64,000 nt of DNA from an uncultured Desulfatitalea sp. (GTDB taxonomy: Bacteria > Desulfobacterota > Desulfobacteria > Desulfobacterales > Desulfosarcinaceae): positions 160,001-224,000 of the forward strand of contig CAXXMB010000002.1 in NCBI GenBank assembly GCA_963668675.2, given 5' to 3'. Shown here one piece after another: positions 20,812-30,224 of this stretch. Position 1 is the stretch's first letter; every line of letters begins with the position of its first letter. The position numbers and the translations under genes were made by a program. The notes beneath the pieces are model-generated. The model saw only the letters and a program-made list of their open reading frames with translations. It searched no databases and was not told the DNA's origin.

Positions 20812-21891
20812 TTGTTTTTAATTTCATTATTTGCTTTTACAGCTATTATCGCCACGTTCACGCTTTTACCATTATGGCGTCATGAAGCGTGGTGGGTGCG
20901 TTCCCTTGACTTTCCGCGCTTGCAGCTTTTGGTAATCTCCTTGTTAATGATTTTGATAGAAACGGTTGTGCTTGATCTGCGGTGCCCCTCAACATGGGGC
21001 CTGCTCATCGTCTCTCTGCTATGTTTGGTCTATCATGCATGGTGGATTGCGCCTTACACGCAGCTGTTTCCAGTGGAAGTTAAATCTGCGCTCAGTAGGG
21101 ATAGCAGCAGGACCGTCCGTATTATGACAGCTAACGTTTTAACCCCAAATCGCAATGCAGGGGCCCTGATTGAGCTGGTACGCGAGAATGCACCGCACAT
21201 TCTTGTCACATTGGAATCCGATTCATGGTGGCAGGCTCAATTGGACGAGTTGAAGCCAGACTACCCCTACACAGTTCGGTGTCCACTTGATAATCTATAT
21301 GGAATGCACGTTTACTCGACATTTCCGCTGACGAACAGCAAAATAGATTATTTGGTGGAGCCTGACATACCCTCTATCCACACATTGGTGAGCTTGCCAT
21401 CAGGGGATAAAATTCGGATTCATTTCCTGCATCCAGCACCACCTAGCCCAACACAAAACTTAGAGTCATCGGAAAGAGATGCAGAGCTCATAATAGTGGC
21501 CAGAAGCGTTGCACAAGCAGACGTTCCGGTCATTGTAACCGGAGATCTGAATGATGTGGCTTGGTCCGAGACGACCCGACTGTTTAGAAAGATTAGCGGA
21601 TTGCTCGACCCTCGTGTTGGGCGTGGCATGTTCAACACCTATCATGCCGGCTATTGGTTCTTGCGATGGCCTTTGGATCACCTGTTCCACAGCAACCACT
21701 TCACGCTCTCGTCTATTCGCCGTATAGGCGGCTTTGGCTCAGATCATTTTGCCCTTTTGACCGAATTGGTGTTCGAATCATGGCATGCCCTCAAGCAGAA
21801 TGGCCTTGAAGCCGATTCGAGCGATTTAGATTGGGCGAAGGCCAAAGCCGGGAACCAAGGTGTCAGCAAAAACGATGTGCCTCAACCGTAA
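20812..21891 (+). CDS. Endonuclease/exonuclease/phosphatase family protein, membrane anchored
   Basis: TANV, LE, GDLND, PLDH, SDH motifs; N-terminal TMs; TTG start after GGAG. Confidence 0.9.
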   Translation: MFLISLFAFTAIIATFTLLPLWRHEAWWVRSLDFPRLQLLVISLLMILIETVVLDLRCPSTWGLLIVSLLCLVYHAWWIAPYTQLFPVEVKSALSRDSSRTVRIMTANVLTPNRNAGALIELVRENAPHILVTLESDSWWQAQLDELKPDYPYTVRCPLDNLYGMHVYSTFPLTNSKIDYLVEPDIPSIHTLVSLPSGDKIRIHFLHPAPPSPTQNLESSERDAELIIVARSVAQADVPVIVTGDLNDVAWSETTRLFRKISGLLDPRVGRGMFNTYHAGYWFLRWPLDHLFHSNHFTLSSIRRIGGFGSDHFALLTELVFESWHALKQNGLEADSSDLDWAKAKAGNQGVSKNDVPQP

Positions 21892-22294
21892 ACGTGCAGG
21901 CCAACGGACGGCACCTGAACCGCATGCTCGCTTCGAATACCTATTAACGATGAACATGATATGTTCTCCTCGATGTCGGGTTTAATGGAATCTGGCGCTA
22001 AATTATCAATAATCCGAACAATTAAGGTTCGATCTTGACATATGCATCCTTATAAAAATAAAATTCGTTAATCGGTATCGTTTGATGCGAGATCTCACAC
22101 TAAATCCCATTCGCAACGTTTTCTAATTAAACCTGACAAGCGCTTTTCCAACTCTGAGTCCTCTCTCGGCTGAAATGGCTATCTGTTCCGCCGGAACAGC
22201 AAGGTTACCAGCATAGTGTCAATGAACTGGCGATATTCTGTATCTTGAAAATATCCTATAGGTTGATTTACGATCTATTAACAGGGTTAACATC

Positions 22295-23185
22295 ATGAAA
22301 AAACACCTATTTCATTATTTGGCGTTCTTCCTTTTAATCTACCTCAACACCTTTCCATCCGCATCTGCCATAGGCGAGGGGGCGGGCAGTATACCAGCAA
22401 CGAATGCATTCAATATCGGAAAATCACATTATCAATCGAAAAATTTTAGTGATGCGCTGCCATTTATGCAACGGGCGGCAGAAGCAGGGCATACTGAAGC
22501 GATGGACTATCTGGGCTACATGTACAAAAAGGGTCTTGGGGTGCCTGTAAACTACAACGAATCGTTGAAGTGGTATCACATGGCAGGGAAATTGGGTTAT
22601 TCGCCGGCAATGGTTAATGTCGGAGACTTTTACAGAGATGGTCTCGGAGTAAACCAAAATTATGATGAGGCCGTTGCCTGGTATCGGCGAGGATCAGAAG
22701 CGGGAGAACCGTGGGCAATGGGGGCGTTGGGCAGAATGTATGAGACAGGCAGAGGTGTTTCCAAAGATGATGTGATGGCGATACTCTGGTATCGAAAGGG
22801 TGCTGAAGGAGGGTACCCCTATGCAATGGCCGCCCTGGGTCGCATGTATCGGGATGGCAGGGGAACGGCTAAAGATCCTTCAAAAGCGCTGTATTGGCTT
22901 CAAAAAGGTGCCGAAGGAGGCGATACAAGAGCGATGGTCACCCTGGGATGCATGTATCGGGATGGTAAAGAAACAGCAAAGAATTATCAAAAAGCACTCT
23001 ATTGGTTTCAGAAGGGTGCGAATGAAGGCAATTCAAGAGCGATGGCCTGCCTGGGATACATGTATGAAAAAGGAACCGGCATTCAAAGAGATGTAGGGAA
23101 AGCACATCAATGGTATCTCAAAGCGGCCGCCCACGGAGACACATGGGCTGAACAGCATATTAAAAATATACTGAAGCGGCCATAA
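22295..23185 (+). CDS. Exported Sel1-repeat protein
   Basis: Signal peptide; about 7 repeats of AM..LG.MY..G.G......A..WY.K.A..G. Confidence 0.93.
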   Translation: MKKHLFHYLAFFLLIYLNTFPSASAIGEGAGSIPATNAFNIGKSHYQSKNFSDALPFMQRAAEAGHTEAMDYLGYMYKKGLGVPVNYNESLKWYHMAGKLGYSPAMVNVGDFYRDGLGVNQNYDEAVAWYRRGSEAGEPWAMGALGRMYETGRGVSKDDVMAILWYRKGAEGGYPYAMAALGRMYRDGRGTAKDPSKALYWLQKGAEGGDTRAMVTLGCMYRDGKETAKNYQKALYWFQKGANEGNSRAMACLGYMYEKGTGIQRDVGKAHQWYLKAAAHGDTWAEQHIKNILKRP

Positions 23186-23235
23186 GCCATAATGAAAAAA
23201 TCACAGGAGTCATCTTATGCCATAGGAGAAAAGAT

Positions 23236-23781
23236 ATGAATATCAACTCTTTCTTTCGATTATTATCATCATGCAGCATCATCATTTTGATTGCATCCAA
23301 TCCATGCTTTGCCGGTGAGCCCTTCAAAGCCACGCAAATGAAAGATGGGACTTACTTGTATGAATTTGAAGATGGCGTCAAATGCTACAAAAGGCCTGAC
23401 TATACAACATCAATTTCTGCAGACGGCTCAATTGCAATCAAAAGTATTTTTTCATTGGGAGGGTCACTCAACCAGAATATCCAGAAATTAAGAGAAGCTA
23501 GTCCCAAAACACAGGAATTTGAGGCCATCGCGTTTGATCTCTGTTTCGAGTTTGGAATGGGCAGAATTTCCGCCGCCGAATATAAAAAACGAAAATCTGA
23601 ATTGTGGGATGCTCAAAAGCAAATCATCTCTCCCGATGCTCAAAAAACAGATGCTGCTTCTTCAAGTCGAGAAATCCAGTCAGTACATCAAGAGTCCCAT
23701 GGTAGCCAGAGTCCCAATGTTTCAGGTGTAAAAGGCAATGTCATTATCAAATCCAATGTCAATAACGATGAAAAAGAATAA
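23236..23781 (+). CDS. Hypothetical exported protein with C-terminal QxSxGxxSPN motif
   Basis: AGGAG RBS, signal peptide (..NPCFA), 181 aa. Confidence 0.85.
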   Translation: MNINSFFRLLSSCSIIILIASNPCFAGEPFKATQMKDGTYLYEFEDGVKCYKRPDYTTSISADGSIAIKSIFSLGGSLNQNIQKLREASPKTQEFEAIAFDLCFEFGMGRISAAEYKKRKSELWDAQKQIISPDAQKTDAASSSREIQSVHQESHGSQSPNVSGVKGNVIIKSNVNNDEKE

Positions 23782-25405
23782 GATTGAGCATTTTATCGTT
23801 TTGTCAGTCGTGCTCTTTTTTTTCAGCATGCCGGTATATGGGGAAACCATTGAACAGGTGACCTATGGGTGGTGCAGTCCCAATATCGCAAATGTCACAG
23901 GAGACGTCAGTATTATTTGTGTTGGCGTAGCGCCCAAAGCACTTCAAAAACTCAATGAAAATTTGAATCAGCTGAGAGCCAAGTATGATACGGCTATCGA
24001 AGAATTGGTAGCCAAGGCAGATAGATGGACACGCCATTACAATGAGCTGCGTGAAATGCCCCTTCATACAGCCAACCGTCCCAAAGAATTAGAAGAAATT
24101 GATCATTACATTCTGGACGGGGAATTGGACAAAGCCCTCGCAGGCATCAACGAAAAAATGGCGCAACGACATAAAGAGTCGGGCTATCTTGCAGAATTGT
24201 ATTACATGCGCGGCAATGTTCATTTCTTGAATTTGACCTTCGAAAAAGCGATCGCCCAATTTGAGCTCGCGTACGAACTTTATCCATCCAATCCCAAATA
24301 TTTATTCGCATACACCGATACACTAATTCAAAACGGGCAGGAGTTAAAAGCTGAAACCGAATTGAACAAGATGTTGCCTCATTTGCGTAAGCTTTCTACC
24401 AGCGGTTCGGTGGAAGATCATATTTGGATATTTCGGGCGATGGATCTTCTTGGTCTGATCTACGTCAATCGCAGTGACCACGCGAACCTCGAAAGGATCA
24501 GTCGGGAAACATTCGATGTTCTCAATGATATGGCAAACGCTCCTACAGCCGATCAGCAGTATGAAACCTCCGGTGTGATCAGCACAATCACCTTTTCATT
24601 AGGCAGGAATCACCTCACGGTTGGCAAACTCGATGCAGCTGAAAAATTTTTAGGATCAGCTTTCGGTTTTTCACTATATGCTTGTGAAAAATTGAATGCC
24701 TCGTATTGTATCACAGCAGCTATGTCAGCCACCTTAAGTGCCGTATGCGATATGCGGAAGAAAAATTATGATAGAGCCATCAAACGATTCCAGCTCGCAT
24801 TGGATACAATGGCTATGATGAATATAGATACATCCGTTAAAAATGAATTTAAGGTAGGGACACTCATCCAGAAGGCGGATTGTCACCTGTTTGTCGGCGA
24901 AAAAAAGGCGGCCAGAGATTGCTGGCTTGCCACCCTCAATATATATAATTCTGGCCAAGTATTCGGGGACAGCCATAAAGCGTATATTGCCCATGCATAC
25001 ACGAAGCTCGGTGAATTCTTGTCTATTGAAGGGAAACGTCCAGAAGCAGAAAGCCACTTCCAAAAAGCTTTATCGCTGACGTCAAATTCTGCAGTAACAG
25101 CGGCGGAGACGGAAAAAGCCTTGGCGATGATTAATTTAGGGAGTCTGTACGCTATCCAGCAAAAATTTGCCAATGCACTTTCCTATTGCGATCAAGCGAT
25201 TACCATTTTCAGGAAGCACTGGCTATCAGCTCCAGATGATTGTAAGGATTTTTATGCCCGCAGCCTGTTTGTTTCAGGAAACACATACCTTTTAATTGGT
25301 AACAAAAACAAAGGTTGCGATAATCTATCCAAGGTCTACGCTGTAGCACCTGACGGGAAGTGGAGTAATCTCACCACAAAAGTGTTTTCAACCAGCTGCC
25401 AGTAG
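23768..25405 (+). CDS. Exported TPR protein with N-terminal QxTxGxxSPN motif and coiled coil
   Basis: Signal peptide (..PVYG), TPR-like helices (LYYMRGNVHF..KAIAQFELA, AYTKLGE, AMINLGSLY); start overlaps the upstream stop. Confidence 0.88.
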   Translation: MKKNKIEHFIVLSVVLFFFSMPVYGETIEQVTYGWCSPNIANVTGDVSIICVGVAPKALQKLNENLNQLRAKYDTAIEELVAKADRWTRHYNELREMPLHTANRPKELEEIDHYILDGELDKALAGINEKMAQRHKESGYLAELYYMRGNVHFLNLTFEKAIAQFELAYELYPSNPKYLFAYTDTLIQNGQELKAETELNKMLPHLRKLSTSGSVEDHIWIFRAMDLLGLIYVNRSDHANLERISRETFDVLNDMANAPTADQQYETSGVISTITFSLGRNHLTVGKLDAAEKFLGSAFGFSLYACEKLNASYCITAAMSATLSAVCDMRKKNYDRAIKRFQLALDTMAMMNIDTSVKNEFKVGTLIQKADCHLFVGEKKAARDCWLATLNIYNSGQVFGDSHKAYIAHAYTKLGEFLSIEGKRPEAESHFQKALSLTSNSAVTAAETEKALAMINLGSLYAIQQKFANALSYCDQAITIFRKHWLSAPDDCKDFYARSLFVSGNTYLLIGNKNKGCDNLSKVYAVAPDGKWSNLTTKVFSTSCQ

Positions 25406-25594
25406 TGGAGAACCTTCAGTGCATCCTGAAAAATGGGGGGGATCGAGATTAAAACCGTAAATTGATCTATGATACGGTTCGAACCGGGCAATCGCATCTG
25501 CTGAAATGATATACACACCCCACAAAAGCCACCTTAGTAAGGCAGTGTCTTTGTAAGCGCTTGGACAAACAATCAGCCGCTATATCGATTAAGA

Positions 25595-25651
25595 CCAGGT
25601 CGAATCTTGACTCATTCCAATATTCAGAATAGATCAAGGGCAGACCTGACC
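25595..25651. repeat. REP-like hairpin element (CAGGTC..TCTTGACTCA...TCAAGGGCAGACCTGACC family)
   Basis: Aligns with the copies at 51550 and 54080. Confidence 0.7.
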
Positions 25652-25658
25652 ATTTAGG

Positions 25659-25893
25659 ACAGGCCAAAGAGATCATTTTCGGACTGGACCGGACCGGCGT
25701 CCGGCGGCACAAGCTTTTCCACCGGCAAGCCGCTGCTCTATTTCGATGATATGGCAGCGCACGTGAAGGTGTGCGGACAACTTAGCATTTATGCGCGTGC
25801 AGTGACCAACAGTTTCTGGGCCAAAACCGCCGGGGCATCCGACCACCTGGTTTCTGAGATGAGGCGTCACAATTAGAAGCCTGGTGCCGATAG
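25659..25893 (+). pseudogene. Internally deleted, degenerate paralog of the radical SAM gene at 19700
   Basis: 25659-25864 aligns with 19802-20006; 25859-25893 aligns with the last 35 nt of the gene including the TAG. Confidence 0.85.
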
Positions 25894-26181
25894 TACTTCT
25901 GTTCATGGTAATAGCTACACTGATAACATGAACTAACATAGTCGAATTTCACCACTGCTTGACGGTTGAACTAAAATGAGTTGCCCACGCGGTCCGCAAC
26001 ATCTCCGAAATATACCGTGCGGCGTCGAATACACCAGCTGGAATGGGAAAATAGTGAAGAGACCCCATTGGCATCCCACGCTTGGCTCTATAGCGTATTG
26101 GTCATAATGCACGAATCAATGGTCACGGTCCGGGTGACCTTCGGCAAATAAATCGAACTGGCGCGACAAGGAAAAACGTGA

Positions 26182-27189
26182 ATGGAAGAACCCATCGGCA
26201 AATTCGTTCCTGTGGTTGAAAAGCTCAAAAAACTGAATCGCGTTGCCGGCGCCGGGGACCGTTTGGCTATCCTGGTGAATGCGGACCCCGACGCCCTTGC
26301 CTGTGCCATGGCTCTCAAGCGCCTGTACTGGCGCAAAGTCAGACCGGTGCGCATATTCCGCATCAATCGTATCGATCGTGCTGACAATCTGGCATTCGTC
26401 AAACTGCTCAACATCCGTCACAGTCACATCCGCGCACTCAAAAAATCTGAGTTTAACAAGTGGGCATTGGTCGATTCACAGCCGTCCCACGACGAACAAT
26501 TCGCAGGGATCAATTTTGACGTGATCATCGATCACCATCCTCGCACCGCCGGCCTTAAAGCAAACTTCATCGACATCAAGGAGGACTACGGTGCTGCAGC
26601 GACCCTGATGACCGAATATATCAGAGCCGCCAAAATCAAACCCTCACCGCGGCTGGCAACGGCTCTATTCTATGCCATTAAAACCGACACGGATAATTTT
26701 GTTCGACCGACGATGGACAGGGATATGATCGCATTTCGCTATCTATACGACTATGCCAACATGAATATCATCAAAAAAATAGAATCTTCTGAAATCACTA
26801 GAGCGATGCTCTCCCGGTTTCAGCAAGCCATGCAGAAGGTTCAGTTTGTCAACCAGATCGCCGTCGTTCACATGGGAGTGGTGAACAAACCCGATACGCT
26901 GGTTCAAATAGCTGACTTTTTTCTTAAAATTGCTGAAGCGACATGGAGTATCGTTTCAGGAATATCCGGAAATCGATTGATTGTCGTCTTCCGCAATGCC
27001 GGCTTCAGGCGCAATGCCGGAAAAATGGCCCGTGATCTGTTCGGCGACGTGGGATCTGCCGGCGGTCACAAGGCCTCTGCAAGAGCTGAAATTCCCTTGA
27101 AAAACATCGCCTGCGGATCGGGAGATGATGACCACTGCCGGCAATATGTCATGCATCGGATCAGGAAGGCATCAAAGGGCATCAATTGA
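26182..27189 (+). CDS. DHH family phosphoesterase
   Basis: ADPDA, LVD, IIDHH, TDT, SAGGH motifs. Confidence 0.92.
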   Translation: MEEPIGKFVPVVEKLKKLNRVAGAGDRLAILVNADPDALACAMALKRLYWRKVRPVRIFRINRIDRADNLAFVKLLNIRHSHIRALKKSEFNKWALVDSQPSHDEQFAGINFDVIIDHHPRTAGLKANFIDIKEDYGAAATLMTEYIRAAKIKPSPRLATALFYAIKTDTDNFVRPTMDRDMIAFRYLYDYANMNIIKKIESSEITRAMLSRFQQAMQKVQFVNQIAVVHMGVVNKPDTLVQIADFFLKIAEATWSIVSGISGNRLIVVFRNAGFRRNAGKMARDLFGDVGSAGGHKASARAEIPLKNIACGSGDDDHCRQYVMHRIRKASKGIN

Positions 27190-27626
27190 CGCCCTGGTTA
27201 AACATAATTCCGCCGCCTGGTATGGGGGCAGGCTGGCTGTAGATTTGGTATTACTTTAAAATTTCAAAGTAAAAACGCTTTCGGCGCTGGGGCATATTGC
27301 AACCCGCCCAACAACCCCATTTGGAGAAGCCGAAGGAGGCAATTTTTGCACTATAAAGGTCCCATCTACCGATCGGCCAAGTGAAGCTGACAGCCTGTTG
27401 ATTCAGGCGACGGTAGGTTGCCCCTAACAACAGATGCACTTTTTGCCTGATGTTATAAAAAAGGGCCCACGGTCCTAAGTCCGCCTGGTGCGTGACATTT
27501 GTCCGGACATCGACATTGTACCCGACTTTGTGCGCTTAAGAACCCTGGTTCTAAGTATCAACACTTCATTAATTTACCAGATCAACGAAGAATCACAAAT
27601 TTTCTCCAGTAACAAGGGGAGCCTCA

Positions 27627-28124
27627 ATGATAAACAAACCGACAATAACGCAGATCTTGTTTGCAACAGATTTGTCTGAAAATGCCAACTGCGCTTTTGG
27701 CTATGCGACGAGCATGGCTGATGCATATGGTGCATCAGTAACCGTTCTGCATGTGCTTGAAAAAATACCGCCTAAAGCAGAATTGATGCTTGCTCTTTTA
27801 TTAGAATACCGGGATGTGGATGAATTAAGACAAAAGAATCAGACAGATCTCATCAAACACATTCAAACTCGCATCGAACGATTTTGCTCAGAAGCTGTTG
27901 ATCAAATCCCTGAGTGTCGAATTATACTTCAAAAAATAATCGTCGAGCCGGGCAAGGCTGCGGATCGTATTATCCATCACACTGCGACAGGCGTCTATGA
28001 TGCATTGGTCATAGGCAGTCGAGGACACAGCCCTATCCAAGAGGCTTTATTAGGCGGCACAGCTCATAAAGTATTGCATAGATGCCGTGTACCTGTATTC
28101 GTTGTTCCCTTATTGAACGAGTAG
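27627..28124 (+). CDS. Universal stress protein
   Basis: ILFATDLS, VIGSRG, LLGGTAHKVL..PVFVV. Confidence 0.93.
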   Translation: MINKPTITQILFATDLSENANCAFGYATSMADAYGASVTVLHVLEKIPPKAELMLALLLEYRDVDELRQKNQTDLIKHIQTRIERFCSEAVDQIPECRIILQKIIVEPGKAADRIIHHTATGVYDALVIGSRGHSPIQEALLGGTAHKVLHRCRVPVFVVPLLNE

Positions 28125-28212
28125 GAAATTGGTTGTTTTTTTGATTTCTTAGTGGAAAACCCGACTGAGATGATTGTGGTTGAGCTGTGGGACTACTGCT
28201 CAACCCATTAGA

Positions 28213-28881
28213 CTATCTGGCAATCATAGCCCGCATCATATCACCAGCGTTCTCGGCATGATCTGCGGTGGAACCGATTGTCTCTGTCAAGCGTACGAGG
28301 TGAAAAACGGTAATCGGGTCTGTGGAAAAATGGAAAATTTTCCTCTTAATCGTATCTTCGAGTATGTCCGCTTCATGTTCCATTTCACGCAGGTTCACGA
28401 TGATCTTTTTTACTAACGCACGCTGCTTTTGATTATAGGTTTGAAAATACTTTTGCGCTTCGCCGATCATGTTGCCGAGCTCTTCAATAGGATCGATAAC
28501 GGCATTCACCAACAGAAAAAAATCTTTTTCCAATTCGACGGGAATACCCGTTTCCGATCGATATGAAATCCAGTCCAGTGCGTCTTCCATCGCATCCATA
28601 ACACCGTCTTGCTCCCTCAGGTATCGGAAGAGCTGGAATTTGCTGACCGGCATCAATGTACCCACGGGCAGATGGCCTCGGATGCGGCGTTTGATGGCAT
28701 CGGCTTCGCTCTCCAGACGTGTGACATCTTTTCTGAATGCTTCGAAGGTCTGGCATCTGTGCGAAATATAGCACTCTATGGCCTGCTGAAAAGCCCATGC
28801 GCACTCTTTGGTTTTTAAGGCGTGTTCCATTATACCCTCAAAGGGAGAGGTCAGAAACATACTCAATAAAGGGATACGCAT
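28213..28881 (-). CDS. DUF47 / TIGR00153 phosphate transport regulator
   Basis: LESEADAIKRRIR, EHEAD, ADHAENAGD; lies downstream of the PiT remnant. Confidence 0.9.
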   Translation of the reverse strand: MRIPLLSMFLTSPFEGIMEHALKTKECAWAFQQAIECYISHRCQTFEAFRKDVTRLESEADAIKRRIRGHLPVGTLMPVSKFQLFRYLREQDGVMDAMEDALDWISYRSETGIPVELEKDFFLLVNAVIDPIEELGNMIGEAQKYFQTYNQKQRALVKKIIVNLREMEHEADILEDTIKRKIFHFSTDPITVFHLVRLTETIGSTADHAENAGDMMRAMIAR

Positions 28882-28890
28882 TGGACCTCC

Positions 28891-29218
28891 TTACTGCCAG
28901 ATTAATCTCAATATATAAATAATCAGCATGCTGGTTATAGCGGCCGCCGGTAAGGTAAGAACTCAGTATATCATGATTTGAAAAACAATTCTAAAATTTA
29001 ACGCCTCTATGCCCCTGGCCAATCCAAACCCCATCACACCACCCACTGCCGCATGGGTTGTCGATACGGGCAGCCCCAATTTAGAATCAAGAAGCACTGC
29101 CGACAAACCCAGGAGATCATCGTAATGAAGCAGCCAAAGCATCGTTGGCACCGATGTTCCAGGACATGTAAAAATCAAAAACGTAACCGATTACCAGGAT
29201 TATGTATTCACTGGGCAT
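28891..29218 (-). pseudogene. PiT family phosphate transporter remnant with internal deletion
   Basis: N-term MPSEYIILVIGYVFDFYMSWNIGAND joined out of frame to C-term LGLPVSTTHAAVGGVMG..IMIY*VLTLPAAA (TGA at the expected Trp). Confidence 0.88.
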
Positions 29219-29518
29219 TAGCTCAGATGATTCTCCTATAGCGATTCATTACGGATCAGAGGCCGGCATGCACTGCTCAAAAGCGCCCAAAGGGAAAGTG
29301 TACGGCTTTGATACCACGCGAAAATTACATTGCAGAGAAAAATAAAGGCGAATCAGAGAAACGAATATGTTCAATGCCACATGGTCGTTGGGGTGTAGCT
29401 GATCGTATTGATGGGAAGGTCTTGATCACATACCAATACCGCATTTTCGACGCATAATATACCCTTTGCCACTAGCACCCGCTCCAAACCCCTTTTATCA
29501 CTTTAACAATTTACTTAC

Positions 29519-30151
29519 TCAGCTTTCAGGTTTCAGAATTACCACCTCCATTTCATCGGAAAGCGCTTGCGTGAATGATTCGGCATCCGTTTCATCGCCG
29601 ACAATTGCTCCGTAATGCATTGGAATAACGGCGCGGGGCCTGATGGCACGGGCCGCCTTTACTGCCTCATCGGCTGTCATGACATAGGTTCCGGACACCG
29701 GCAGCAAAGCAACGTCAACCGGTAGATCCTTCATTTCGGGGATAAAGTCTGTGTCACCCGCATGGTAAACACGCACCCCGTCAATTTCGACGATAAAGCC
29801 CAGCCACCCTTTCTCCTTGGGATGAAACTGTTTGTCGATATTATAGGCCGGAACGGTCGTCACTTTTACCTCTCCGATCGTCATCACTTCACCCGGTGTG
29901 ACCACCCTCACGTCTCCTGTAAGTTTTTCCGCGGAATCCTTCTCCGTGATGATGATGGTATTGTCCTTCTGAATGCGCGCGATATCATCCGGTGAGCAGT
30001 GATCAAAATGTTCGTGACTGACCAGAATGATATCCGCTTTTCGGGTTGACGCGATCTTAAATGGATCGAAATAGATGGTTTTGCTGCCGTCAATCCGAAA
30101 TCCGTCATGCCCCAGCCAGACAACTTTTTTTAAAAATTCATTTAAATCCAT
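29519..30151 (-). CDS. MBL-fold metallo-hydrolase
   Basis: SHEHFDH, YHAGDT, IPMHY motifs. Confidence 0.93.
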   Translation of the reverse strand: MDLNEFLKKVVWLGHDGFRIDGSKTIYFDPFKIASTRKADIILVSHEHFDHCSPDDIARIQKDNTIIITEKDSAEKLTGDVRVVTPGEVMTIGEVKVTTVPAYNIDKQFHPKEKGWLGFIVEIDGVRVYHAGDTDFIPEMKDLPVDVALLPVSGTYVMTADEAVKAARAIRPRAVIPMHYGAIVGDETDAESFTQALSDEMEVVILKPES

Positions 30152-30224
30152 GTATTCTCCTCCCTATGGTATATCCCGGCACCGTAAAGCGGTAGACTTT
30201 CCTTTGCTTGCATCGGGAAATGGT

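Noticed and set aside
27422..27458. CCCTAACAACAGATGCAC..TGATGTTATAA as an attC site
   Set aside because: Resembles attC ends but is too short and has no adjacent cassette ORF; at best a collapsed remnant
28963..28965. In-frame TGA in the PiT remnant as selenocysteine
   Set aside because: Position corresponds to Trp in a TM helix, no SECIS-like hairpin, and the gene is otherwise deleted
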